Positions 30,411-64,000 of a DNA stretch of 64,000 nucleotides are shown one piece after another. A program made the position numbers and the translations under genes. The stretch is from the human T2T-CHM13v2.0 reference genome, Homo sapiens. The DNA lies in the NCBI RefSeq assembly GCF_009914755.1, contig NC_060947.1; one strand, given 5' to 3'. The notes beneath the pieces are model-generated. The model had not been told where the DNA came from. It saw nothing but the letters and a program-made list of their open reading frames with translations, and ran no database searches. Position 1 is the stretch's first letter; the number at the start of each line of letters is the position of its first letter.

Positions 30411-31370
30411 CCCAGCCCACAGCCGCGCATGCTCCCTGGGCTCCCGCCTCAGTGCGCATGTTCACTGGGCGTCTTCTGCCCGGCCCCTTCGCCCACGTGA
30501 AGAACGCCAGGGAGCTGTGAGGCAGTGCTGTGTGGTTCCTGCCGTCCGGACTCTTTTTCCTCTACTGAGATTCATCTGGTAGGTGTGCAGGCCAGTCATC
30601 CCGGGGGCTGAAGTGTGAGTGAGGGTGGAGAGGGCCTCGGGTGGGTCAGGCGGGTCCCGCTTCCTGGTCTGTGGCCTCCGAGGGAGAAGGGCCACGAGGT
30701 CGTCCTCCTTCCCTTCACAGGCTGCGAGGCCACCGGCGGCTTCGTGGTCGTGAAGGGGCCTGGACGGGGAGGAAGGTGGGCCGTGGAGGGGAGGCGGTCA
30801 GGGGCTCAGGTGAAGACGGGGTGAGTGCTGTTGGGGGGATGGAAGTCCCGAGGTGCCGGGATCCCCGACGACACAGGGCAGATTCCCTGAATGGGGCCCC
30901 CGGCGGGGGCGAGGCGGGCGGTGAAGAAGGGGCCTGGCACCTGGGAAGGCTGCGGCCTGGCGAGCGCCCCCCCCAGCGGTGTGGAGTGCGGAGCGCCCGA
31001 GTGAGAAGCACTGCAAGGTCTCACCTCCGCCATGGAAGGTCCGAAAACAGTGGGAAGGAGTGGGCGAGGCAGTGCGGTCCAACCAAACTTGTTGTGAGGG
31101 GGGGTGAATGGCTCTAGGAAGTGGGAGTGTGCCCAAAGCAGCAATCACGAGAATTGTGATTCACTAGGGTTTTCGTGGGGAGTGCACTTGTGAAACTAAA
31201 CCTCATCAGAAATGACCTCTGTCTGCGGGGCGCAGTGGCGCTCGCCTACGTAGTCCCAGTTACTGGGGACACTGAGGTGGGAGGATCCCTTGAGCGGGAG
31301 GTCGAGGCTGCAGTGAGCTGTGATCACGCCGCTGCACTCCAGCCTGAGCAACACAGCGAGACCGCGTGTC
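30411..31370 (+). promoter_or_regulatory. CpG-island promoter and exon 1, copy 4
   Basis: Paralog of 1840-2800. Confidence 0.78.
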
Positions 31371-31626
31371 CAAAAGAAATTTAGAAAAAAATGTCCTCTG
31401 CCTTTTGCCACACGCCTTAAGATGATTGCTCTGCCAGCCTGGCCAGCAGAAGTGGCTTTGTAGGCACTCAGACAGCGTACACACGTATGCTTAACTCTGG
31501 GACTTATTTTGAGAGTATTTTCAAAAGTAAAACGGCAAGTTAACATTTATCCATGGAAGTGATCGAATATAGCAGCCCTGTGGAGCGCACGTTCCCAATC
31601 ACGGTTGTCTGTTTTCAGTGTGAAAT

Positions 31627-37707
<6,081 letters not shown>

Positions 37708-39935
37708 AAGAAGGCACGTTGAAATGATGCAGGCTGCTCCTATGTTGGAAATTTGTTCATTAAAATTCTCCCAATAAAGCTTTACAGCCTTCTGCAAAGA
37801 AGTCTTGCGCATCTTTTGTGAAGTTTATTTCTAGCTTTTTGATGCTGTGAAATATGTATCATTCTTTGAAATCGTGTATTGTAACTCTCTGAGCTGGTAT
37901 GTAGAGACATCGTTCTTTTTTTTTTTCTTTCTTTCTTTGTCCTCTTTTGAGACGGAGTCTTGCTCTGTCGCCCAGGCTGGAGTGCAGTGGCGCGATCTCT
38001 GCTCACTGCAACCCCGCCTCCCGGATTCAAGCAATTGTCTGCCTCAGCCTCCCGAGTAGCTGGGATTATAGGCACCCACCAGCACGCCTGGCTAAGTTTT
38101 GTGTTTTTACTAGAGATGGGCTTTCGCCATCTTGGCCGGGGTGCTCTTGAACTCCTGACCTCGTGATTCACCTGCCTTGGCCTCCCAAAGTGCTGGGATT
38201 ACAGGCATGAGCCTCCGCGCCCGGTGGAGACATAATTCTTACATATTGGTTTTCTATCCAGCGGCCTTGTGAAATATGCTTGTGAATTCTAAAGTTTACT
38301 TCTAGGTCGTTTTCAGTCTTCAATATACAGAAACATATCATCCTGGAATAAGAGCAGTTTTGTTTCCGCCATTTTTTTTTCTTTTTCCTTTTGTATTTTT
38401 TTGTAGAGACGGGGTTTTGCCATGTTTCCCGGGCTGTTGTTGAACTTTTGAGTGCAAGTGATGCACCCACGTCACCTCCCACAGTGCTGGGATTACTGGC
38501 GTGGGCCACCGTGGCGGGCCCGTCGTTGCCATTGTAAAGAGTTTTATTTCCTTTTCTGATTTTATGGCATTGCGCAGACCCACCCGTTACAATGGTGACA
38601 GTGGACATCCTTGTCTTATCCCTGATGAGAAACCGAAAAATTTCAACATTTCGCCATCCTATTCACTCTCCTTTTTTTGTAGACGGACTTTATCAGAGTG
38701 AGTCATTGCATTCTGTTCCAAATTTGCTGAGAGTATTCATTTGAATATATGTTGATTTTCATCAAACAGTGCATCTATTTCGATTACCACAGCGTTTTTT
38801 CCCATTCATGGGTTAATATAGTGAATTCGATTGATAAATTTGTACGTTTTTAGGTTCGATTATTAAAACTTGAGACAGCGTCTCACTCTGTCACCGAGGC
38901 TGGAGTGCGGTGGTGTTATCAGAGCTCGCTGCAGCCTTGACCTCCTGGGCTCAAGCGCTCCTCCCACCTCAGCCTCCTGAGTAGCTGTGAGTATAGGTAC
39001 ATGCCACCATGCCCAGCTAATTTTTCGATGGTTTTTTTGTTTGTTTTTTGTAGTGATGAGATTTTCTGATGTTGCTTAGGCTGGTCTCGAAGTCCTGAGC
39101 TCAGGTGATCTGGCCAGCTCAGCCTCCCAAAATACTAGGATTACAGGCGTGAGCCTTGGCCTGGTCTGGTTTTTCTTATATAGGGGTCTTATCTATATAA
39201 AGACTAAAGTTAATCTGTGCCTTTGTGCGGGTGGGCTAAGAGCATGATGACTTTTATCATTCTATTGATTTAAAGAAAACTGTCCTTGACTTACCAGTGT
39301 GTAAGTCCATGAAAGCATAATTCTGTTGAAAGCATATATTGTTAATGGGTGTTGGGAACCGTGCACTTTCCGCTGCTGTGGGAGCATGTCCTTGGAGGTA
39401 CCTTTCATCTGTTTTCTCAACTCCAAACATCTTAGGACCATGGGTTGTGACTGGTAGGACTATGTATCTTGCTGCTTTCAAGACGGAGTATATTTTCACG
39501 TGGTGTCACTCTGGCTGTCCTGTTTCCCTAATACTGTCACTTCACCCTCTGCGATTCTGATGCTACAAATGATAGATATCGTTTTAGCATTTTCTTACGG
39601 GTCCTAGCGATTCTATTCATTTTTCTTTCAGTCTCTTTCTCTGACTTGTTCACATTGAACAATTTCCTTTTGGGATAGGTTGCTATTTCTGTTTTCGCAG
39701 GTGGTTTACCTGTCTTCCCAGCCAGTCACAGTGGTCCTTGTCCCCATGGTGGGTCCGGGGCAAGAGAGGGCCCTGGGTTGGGGGTGGGGTTCAGTTGAAG
39801 ATGGGGTGAGTTTTGAGGGGAGCACTACTTGAGTCCCAGAGGCATAGGAAACAGCAGAGGGAGGTGGGATTCCCTTATCCTCAATGAGGATGGGCATGGA
39901 GGGTTTGGGGCGTGGCGCTGGGAACGGCAGCCCTC

Positions 39936-40895
39936 CCCAGCCCACAGCCGCGCATGCTCCCTGGGCTCCCGCCTCAGTGCGCATGTTCACTGGGCGTCTT
40001 CTGCCCGGCCCCTTCGCCCACGTGAAGAACGCCAGGGAGCTGTGAGGCAGTGCTGTGTGGTTCCTGCCGTCCGGACTCTTTTTCCTCTACTGAGATTCAT
40101 CTGGTAGGTGTGCAGGCCAGTCATCCCGGGGGCTGAAGTGTGAGTGAGGGTGGAGAGGGCCTCGGGTGGGTCAGGCGGGTCCCGCTTCCTGGTCTGTGGC
40201 CTCCGAGGGAGAAGGGCCACGAGGTCGTCCTCCTTCCCTTCACAGGCTGCGAGGCCACCGGCGGCTTCGTGGTCGTGAAGGGGCCTGGACGGGGAGGAAG
40301 GTGGGCCGTGGAGGGGAGGCGGTCAGGGGCTCAGGTGAAGACGGGGTGAGTGCTGTTGGGGGGATGGAAGTCCCGAGGTGCCGGGATCCCCGACGACACA
40401 GGGCAGATTCCCTGAATGGGGCCCCCGGCGGGGGCGAGGCGGGCGGTGAAGAAGGGGCCTGGCACCTGGGAAGGCTGCGGCCTGGCGAGCGCCCCCCCCA
40501 GCGGTGTGGAGTGCGGAGCGCCCGAGTGAGAAGCACTGCAAGGTCTCACCTCCGCCATGGAAGGTCCGAAAACAGTGGGAAGGAGTGGGCGAGGCAGTGC
40601 GGTCCAACCAAACTTGTTGTGAGGGGGGGTGAATGGCTCTAGGAAGTGGGAGTGTGCCCAAAGCAGCAATCACGAGAATTGTGATTCACTAGGGTTTTCG
40701 TGGGGAGTGCACTTGTGAAACTAAACCTCATCAGAAATGACCTCTGTCTGCGGGGCGCAGTGGCGCTCGCCTACGTAGTCCCAGTTACTGGGGACACTGA
40801 GGTGGGAGGATCCCTTGAGCGGGAGGTCGAGGCTGCAGTGAGCTGTGATCACGCCGCTGCACTCCAGCCTGAGCAACACAGCGAGACCGCGTGTC
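39936..40895 (+). promoter_or_regulatory. CpG-island promoter and exon 1, copy 5
   Basis: Paralog of 1840-2800. Confidence 0.78.
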
Positions 40896-41151
40896 CAAAA
40901 GAAATTTAGAAAAAAATGTCCTCTGCCTTTTGCCACACGCCTTAAGATGATTGCTCTGCCAGCCTGGCCAGCAGAAGTGGCTTTGTAGGCACTCAGACAG
41001 CGTACACACGTATGCTTAACTCTGGGACTTATTTTGAGAGTATTTTCAAAAGTAAAACGGCAAGTTAACATTTATCCATGGAAGTGATCGAATATAGCAG
41101 CCCTGTGGAGCGCACGTTCCCAATCACGGTTGTCTGTTTTCAGTGTGAAAT

Positions 41152-47233
<6,082 letters not shown>

Positions 47234-49461
47234 AAGAAGGCACGTTGAAATGATGCAGGCTGCTCCTATGTTGGAAATTTGTTCATTAAAATTCTCCCAA
47301 TAAAGCTTTACAGCCTTCTGCAAAGAAGTCTTGCGCATCTTTTGTGAAGTTTATTTCTAGCTTTTTGATGCTGTGAAATATGTATCATTCTTTGAAATCG
47401 TGTATTGTAACTCTCTGAGCTGGTATGTAGAGACATCGTTCTTTTTTTTTTTCTTTCTTTCTTTGTCCTCTTTTGAGACGGAGTCTTGCTCTGTCGCCCA
47501 GGCTGGAGTGCAGTGGCGCGATCTCTGCTCACTGCAACCCCGCCTCCCGGATTCAAGCAATTGTCTGCCTCAGCCTCCCGAGTAGCTGGGATTATAGGCA
47601 CCCACCAGCACGCCTGGCTAAGTTTTGTGTTTTTACTAGAGATGGGCTTTCGCCATCTTGGCCGGGGTGCTCTTGAACTCCTGACCTCGTGATTCACCTG
47701 CCTTGGCCTCCCAAAGTGCTGGGATTACAGGCATGAGCCTCCGCGCCCGGTGGAGACATAATTCTTACATATTGGTTTTCTATCCAGCGGCCTTGTGAAA
47801 TATGCTTGTGAATTCTAAAGTTTACTTCTAGGTCGTTTTCAGTCTTCAATATACAGAAACATATCATCCTGGAATAAGAGCAGTTTTGTTTCCGCCATTT
47901 TTTTTTCTTTTTCCTTTTGTATTTTTTTGTAGAGACGGGGTTTTGCCATGTTTCCCGGGCTGTTGTTGAACTTTTGAGTGCAAGTGATGCACCCACGTCA
48001 CCTCCCACAGTGCTGGGATTACTGGCGTGGGCCACCGTGGCGGGCCCGTCGTTGCCATTGTAAAGAGTTTTATTTCCTTTTCTGATTTTATGGCATTGCG
48101 CAGACCCACCCGTTACAATGGTGACAGTGGACATCCTTGTCTTATCCCTGATGAGAAACCGAAAAATTTCAACATTTCGCCATCCTATTCACTCTCCTTT
48201 TTTTGTAGACGGACTTTATCAGAGTGAGTCATTGCATTCTGTTCCAAATTTGCTGAGAGTATTCATTTGAATATATGTTGATTTTCATCAAACAGTGCAT
48301 CTATTTCGATTACCACAGCGTTTTTTCCCATTCATGGGTTAATATAGTGAATTCGATTGATAAATTTGTACGTTTTTAGGTTCGATTATTAAAACTTGAG
48401 ACAGCGTCTCACTCTGTCACCGAGGCTGGAGTGCGGTGGTGTTATCAGAGCTCGCTGCAGCCTTGACCTCCTGGGCTCAAGCGCTCCTCCCACCTCAGCC
48501 TCCTGAGTAGCTGTGAGTATAGGTACATGCCACCATGCCCAGCTAATTTTTCGATGGTTTTTTTGTTTGTTTTTTGTAGTGATGAGATTTTCTGATGTTG
48601 CTTAGGCTGGTCTCGAAGTCCTGAGCTCAGGTGATCTGGCCAGCTCAGCCTCCCAAAATACTAGGATTACAGGCGTGAGCCTTGGCCTGGTCTGGTTTTT
48701 CTTATATAGGGGTCTTATCTATATAAAGACTAAAGTTAATCTGTGCCTTTGTGCGGGTGGGCTAAGAGCATGATGACTTTTATCATTCTATTGATTTAAA
48801 GAAAACTGTCCTTGACTTACCAGTGTGTAAGTCCATGAAAGCATAATTCTGTTGAAAGCATATATTGTTAATGGGTGTTGGGAACCGTGCACTTTCCGCT
48901 GCTGTGGGAGCATGTCCTTGGAGGTACCTTTCATCTGTTTTCTCAACTCCAAACATCTTAGGACCATGGGTTGTGACTGGTAGGACTATGTATCTTGCTG
49001 CTTTCAAGACGGAGTATATTTTCACGTGGTGTCACTCTGGCTGTCCTGTTTCCCTAATACTGTCACTTCACCCTCTGCGATTCTGATGCTACAAATGATA
49101 GATATCGTTTTAGCATTTTCTTACGGGTCCTAGCGATTCTATTCATTTTTCTTTCAGTCTCTTTCTCTGACTTGTTCACATTGAACAATTTCCTTTTGGG
49201 ATAGGTTGCTATTTCTGTTTTCGCAGGTGGTTTACCTGTCTTCCCAGCCAGTCACAGTGGTCCTTGTCCCCATGGTGGGTCCGGGGCAAGAGAGGGCCCT
49301 GGGTTGGGGGTGGGGTTCAGTTGAAGATGGGGTGAGTTTTGAGGGGAGCACTACTTGAGTCCCAGAGGCATAGGAAACAGCAGAGGGAGGTGGGATTCCC
49401 TTATCCTCAATGAGGATGGGCATGGAGGGTTTGGGGCGTGGCGCTGGGAACGGCAGCCCTC

Positions 49462-50421
49462 CCCAGCCCACAGCCGCGCATGCTCCCTGGGCTCCCGCCT
49501 CAGTGCGCATGTTCACTGGGCGTCTTCTGCCCGGCCCCTTCGCCCACGTGAAGAACGCCAGGGAGCTGTGAGGCAGTGCTGTGTGGTTCCTGCCGTCCGG
49601 ACTCTTTTTCCTCTACTGAGATTCATCTGGTAGGTGTGCAGGCCAGTCATCCCGGGGGCTGAAGTGTGAGTGAGGGTGGAGAGGGCCTCGGGTGGGTCAG
49701 GCGGGTCCCGCTTCCTGGTCTGTGGCCTCCGAGGGAGAAGGGCCACGAGGTCGTCCTCCTTCCCTTCACAGGCTGCGAGGCCACCGGCGGCTTCGTGGTC
49801 GTGAAGGGGCCTGGACGGGGAGGAAGGTGGGCCGTGGAGGGGAGGCGGTCAGGGGCTCAGGTGAAGACGGGGTGAGTGCTGTTGGGGGGATGGAAGTCCC
49901 GAGGTGCCGGGATCCCTGACGACACAGGGCAGATTCCCTGAATGGGGCCCCCGGCGGGGGCGAGGCGGGCGGTGAAGAAGGGGCCTGGCACCTGGGAAGG
50001 CTGCGGCCTGGCGAGCGCCCCCCCCAGCGGTGTGGAGTGCGGAGCGCCCGAGTGAGAAGCACTGCAAGGTCTCACCTCCGCCATGGAAGGTCCGAAAACA
50101 GTGGGAAGGAGTGGGCGAGGCAGTGCGGTCCAACCAAACTTGTTGTGAGGGGGGGTGAATGGCTCTAGGAAGTGGGAGTGTGCCCAAAGCAGCAATCACG
50201 AGAATTGTGATTCACTAGGGTTTTCGTGGGGAGTGCACTTGTGAAACTAAACCTCATCAGAAATGACCTCTGTCTGCGGGGCGCAGTGGCGCTCGCCTAC
50301 GTAGTCCCAGTTACTGGGGACACTGAGGTGGGAGGATCCCTTGAGCGGGAGGTCGAGGCTGCAGTGAGCTGTGATCACGCCGCTGCACTCCAGCCTGAGC
50401 AACACAGCGAGACCGCGTGTC
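49462..50421 (+). promoter_or_regulatory. CpG-island promoter and exon 1, copy 6
   Basis: Paralog of 1840-2800. Confidence 0.78.
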
Positions 50422-50677
50422 CAAAAGAAATTTAGAAAAAAATGTCCTCTGCCTTTTGCCACACGCCTTAAGATGATTGCTCTGCCAGCCTGGCCAGCAG
50501 AAGTGGCTTTGTAGGCACTCAGACAGCGTACACACGTATGCTTAACTCTGGGACTTATTTTGAGAGTATTTTCAAAAGTAAAACGGCAAGTTAACATTTA
50601 TCCATGGAAGTGATCGAATATAGCAGCCCTGTGGAGCGCACGTTCCCAATCACGGTTGTCTGTTTTCAGTGTGAAAT

Positions 50678-56758
<6,081 letters not shown>

Positions 56759-58986
56759 AAGAAGGCACGTTGAAATGATGCAGGCTGCTCCTATGTTGGA
56801 AATTTGTTCATTAAAATTCTCCCAATAAAGCTTTACAGCCTTCTGCAAAGAAGTCTTGCGCATCTTTTGTGAAGTTTATTTCTAGCTTTTTGATGCTGTG
56901 AAATATGTATCATTCTTTGAAATCGTGTATTGTAACTCTCTGAGCTGGTATGTAGAGACATCGTTCTTTTTTTTTTTCTTTCTTTCTTTGTCCTCTTTTG
57001 AGACGGAGTCTTGCTCTGTCGCCCAGGCTGGAGTGCAGTGGCGCGATCTCTGCTCACTGCAACCCCGCCTCCCGGATTCAAGCAATTGTCTGCCTCAGCC
57101 TCCCGAGTAGCTGGGATTATAGGCACCCACCAGCACGCCTGGCTAAGTTTTGTGTTTTTACTAGAGATGGGCTTTCGCCATCTTGGCCGGGGTGCTCTTG
57201 AACTCCTGACCTCGTGATTCACCTGCCTTGGCCTCCCAAAGTGCTGGGATTACAGGCATGAGCCTCCGCGCCCGGTGGAGACATAATTCTTACATATTGG
57301 TTTTCTATCCAGCGGCCTTGTGAAATATGCTTGTGAATTCTAAAGTTTACTTCTAGGTCGTTTTCAGTCTTCAATATACAGAAACATATCATCCTGGAAT
57401 AAGAGCAGTTTTGTTTCCGCCATTTTTTTTTCTTTTTCCTTTTGTATTTTTTTGTAGAGACGGGGTTTTGCCATGTTTCCCGGGCTGTTGTTGAACTTTT
57501 GAGTGCAAGTGATGCACCCACGTCACCTCCCACAGTGCTGGGATTACTGGCGTGGGCCACCGTGGCGGGCCCGTCGTTGCCATTGTAAAGAGTTTTATTT
57601 CCTTTTCTGATTTTATGGCATTGCGCAGACCCACCCGTTACAATGGTGACAGTGGACATCCTTGTCTTATCCCTGATGAGAAACCGAAAAATTTCAACAT
57701 TTCGCCATCCTATTCACTCTCCTTTTTTTGTAGACGGACTTTATCAGAGTGAGTCATTGCATTCTGTTCCAAATTTGCTGAGAGTATTCATTTGAATATA
57801 TGTTGATTTTCATCAAACAGTGCATCTATTTCGATTACCACAGCGTTTTTTCCCATTCATGGGTTAATATAGTGAATTCGATTGATAAATTTGTACGTTT
57901 TTAGGTTCGATTATTAAAACTTGAGACAGCGTCTCACTCTGTCACCGAGGCTGGAGTGCGGTGGTGTTATCAGAGCTCGCTGCAGCCTTGACCTCCTGGG
58001 CTCAAGCGCTCCTCCCACCTCAGCCTCCTGAGTAGCTGTGAGTATAGGTACATGCCACCATGCCCAGCTAATTTTTCGATGGTTTTTTTGTTTGTTTTTT
58101 GTAGTGATGAGATTTTCTGATGTTGCTTAGGCTGGTCTCGAAGTCCTGAGCTCAGGTGATCTGGCCAGCTCAGCCTCCCAAAATACTAGGATTACAGGCG
58201 TGAGCCTTGGCCTGGTCTGGTTTTTCTTATATAGGGGTCTTATCTATATAAAGACTAAAGTTAATCTGTGCCTTTGTGCGGGTGGGCTAAGAGCATGATG
58301 ACTTTTATCATTCTATTGATTTAAAGAAAACTGTCCTTGACTTACCAGTGTGTAAGTCCATGAAAGCATAATTCTGTTGAAAGCATATATTGTTAATGGG
58401 TGTTGGGAACCGTGCACTTTCCGCTGCTGTGGGAGCATGTCCTTGGAGGTACCTTTCATCTGTTTTCTCAACTCCAAACATCTTAGGACCATGGGTTGTG
58501 ACTGGTAGGACTATGTATCTTGCTGCTTTCAAGACGGAGTATATTTTCACGTGGTGTCACTCTGGCTGTCCTGTTTCCCTAATACTGTCACTTCACCCTC
58601 TGCGATTCTGATGCTACAAATGATAGATATCGTTTTAGCATTTTCTTACGGGTCCTAGCGATTCTATTCATTTTTCTTTCAGTCTCTTTCTCTGACTTGT
58701 TCACATTGAACAATTTCCTTTTGGGATAGGTTGCTATTTCTGTTTTCGCAGGTGGTTTACCTGTCTTCCCAGCCAGTCACAGTGGTCCTTGTCCCCATGG
58801 TGGGTCCGGGGCAAGAGAGGGCCCTGGGTTGGGGGTGGGGTTCAGTTGAAGATGGGGTGAGTTTTGAGGGGAGCACTACTTGAGTCCCAGAGGCATAGGA
58901 AACAGCAGAGGGAGGTGGGATTCCCTTATCCTCAATGAGGATGGGCATGGAGGGTTTGGGGCGTGGCGCTGGGAACGGCAGCCCTC

Positions 58987-59946
58987 CCCAGCCCACAGCC
59001 GCGCATGCTCCCTGGGCTCCCGCCTCAGTGCGCATGTTCACTGGGCGTCTTCTGCCCGGCCCCTTCGCCCACGTGAAGAACGCCAGGGAGCTGTGAGGCA
59101 GTGCTGTGTGGTTCCTGCCGTCCGGACTCTTTTTCCTCTACTGAGATTCATCTGGTAGGTGTGCAGGCCAGTCATCCCGGGGGCTGAAGTGTGAGTGAGG
59201 GTGGAGAGGGCCTCGGGTGGGTCAGGCGGGTCCCGCTTCCTGGTCTGTGGCCTCCGAGGGAGAAGGGCCACGAGGTCGTCCTCCTTCCCTTCACAGGCTG
59301 CGAGGCCACCGGCGGCTTCGTGGTCGTGAAGGGGCCTGGACGGGGAGGAAGGTGGGCCGTGGAGGGGAGGCGGTCAGGGGCTCAGGTGAAGACGGGGTGA
59401 GTGCTGTTGGGGGGATGGAAGTCCCGAGGTGCCGGGATCCCCGACGACACAGGGCAGATTCCCTGAATGGGGCCCCCGGCGGGGGCGAGGCGGGCGGTGA
59501 AGAAGGGGCCTGGCACCTGGGAAGGCTGCGGCCTGGCGAGCGCCCCCCCCAGCGGTGTGGAGTGCGGAGCGCCCGAGTGAGAAGCACTGCAAGGTCTCAC
59601 CTCCGCCATGGAAGGTCCGAAAACAGTGGGAAGGAGTGGGCGAGGCAGTGCGGTCCAACCAAACTTGTTGTGAGGGGGGGTGAATGGCTCTAGGAAGTGG
59701 GAGTGTGCCCAAAGCAGCAATCACGAGAATTGTGATTCACTAGGGTTTTCGTGGGGAGTGCACTTGTGAAACTAAACCTCATCAGAAATGACCTCTGTCT
59801 GCGGGGCGCAGTGGCGCTCGCCTACGTAGTCCCAGTTACTCGGGACACTGAGGTGGGAGGATCCCTTGAGCGGGAGGTCGAGGCTGCAGTGAGCTGTGAT
59901 CACGCCGCTGCACTCCAGCCTGAGCAACACAGCGAGACCGCGTGTC
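58987..59946 (+). promoter_or_regulatory. CpG-island promoter and exon 1, copy 7
   Basis: Paralog of 1840-2800. Confidence 0.78.
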
Positions 59947-60202
59947 CAAAAGAAATTTAGAAAAAAATGTCCTCTGCCTTTTGCCACACGCCTTAAGATG
60001 ATTGCTCTGCCAGCCTGGCCAGCAGAAGTGGCTTTGTAGGCACTCAGACAGCGTACACACGTATGCTTAACTCTGGGACTTATTTTGAGAGTATTTTCAA
60101 AAGTAAAACGGCAAGTTAACATTTATCCATGGAAGTGATCGAATATAGCAGCCCTGTGGAGCGCACGTTCCCAATCACGGTTGTCTGTTTTCAGTGTGAA
60201 AT

Positions 60203-63805
<3,603 letters not shown>

Positions 63806-64000
63806 GTAGGCAATCCATTAGGCATGCACATTGTAGGGTGTCTGTTTCCACAGTATCATATTGTAACTCTTACTATGTTTTTGAGACGGAGTCTCGCTCT
63901 GAAGACCAGGCTGGAGTGCAGTGGTGCCATCTCGGCTCACTGGAAATTCTGTCTCCAGGGTTCAAGTGATTCTCCTGCCTGAGCCTCTGGCGGAGCCGGG

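Overview
Primate (human-type) genomic DNA from the GAGE cancer/testis antigen cluster, known from human Xp11.23. The whole window is a head-to-tail array of a ~9.52-kb unit (spacings 9524, 9521, 9526, 9525, 9526, 9525 bp; ~6.7 units). Each unit carries one + strand, 5-exon GAGE gene: a non-coding exon 1 in a CpG island, then coding exons 2-5 giving 116-117 aa. Six genes are complete and the seventh lacks exon 5 at the window edge. Each unit also has the same Alu elements, old L1M fragments and a 5'-truncated antisense L1PA with a 13-bp target-site duplication. Almost all ORFs in the track are repeat-derived or chance frames; the real CDSs appear only after splicing. Most notable: (1) the L1 splits an Alu-derived GAGE1-type alternative coding exon; (2) copy 1 encodes an unusual N-terminus ([10 protein letters not shown]...MQ); (3) the copies are mosaics, indicating gene conversion or unequal crossover; (4) the L1 shows an apparent AT-to-GC, CpG-gaining substitution bias; (5) an old ~540-bp duplication flanks exon 1, each half with a cryptic exon; (6) the antisense of exon 1 reads MNLSRGK, suggesting the 'GAGE3' N-terminus is an inversion artefact. 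I see no evidence of an entirely new gene system.
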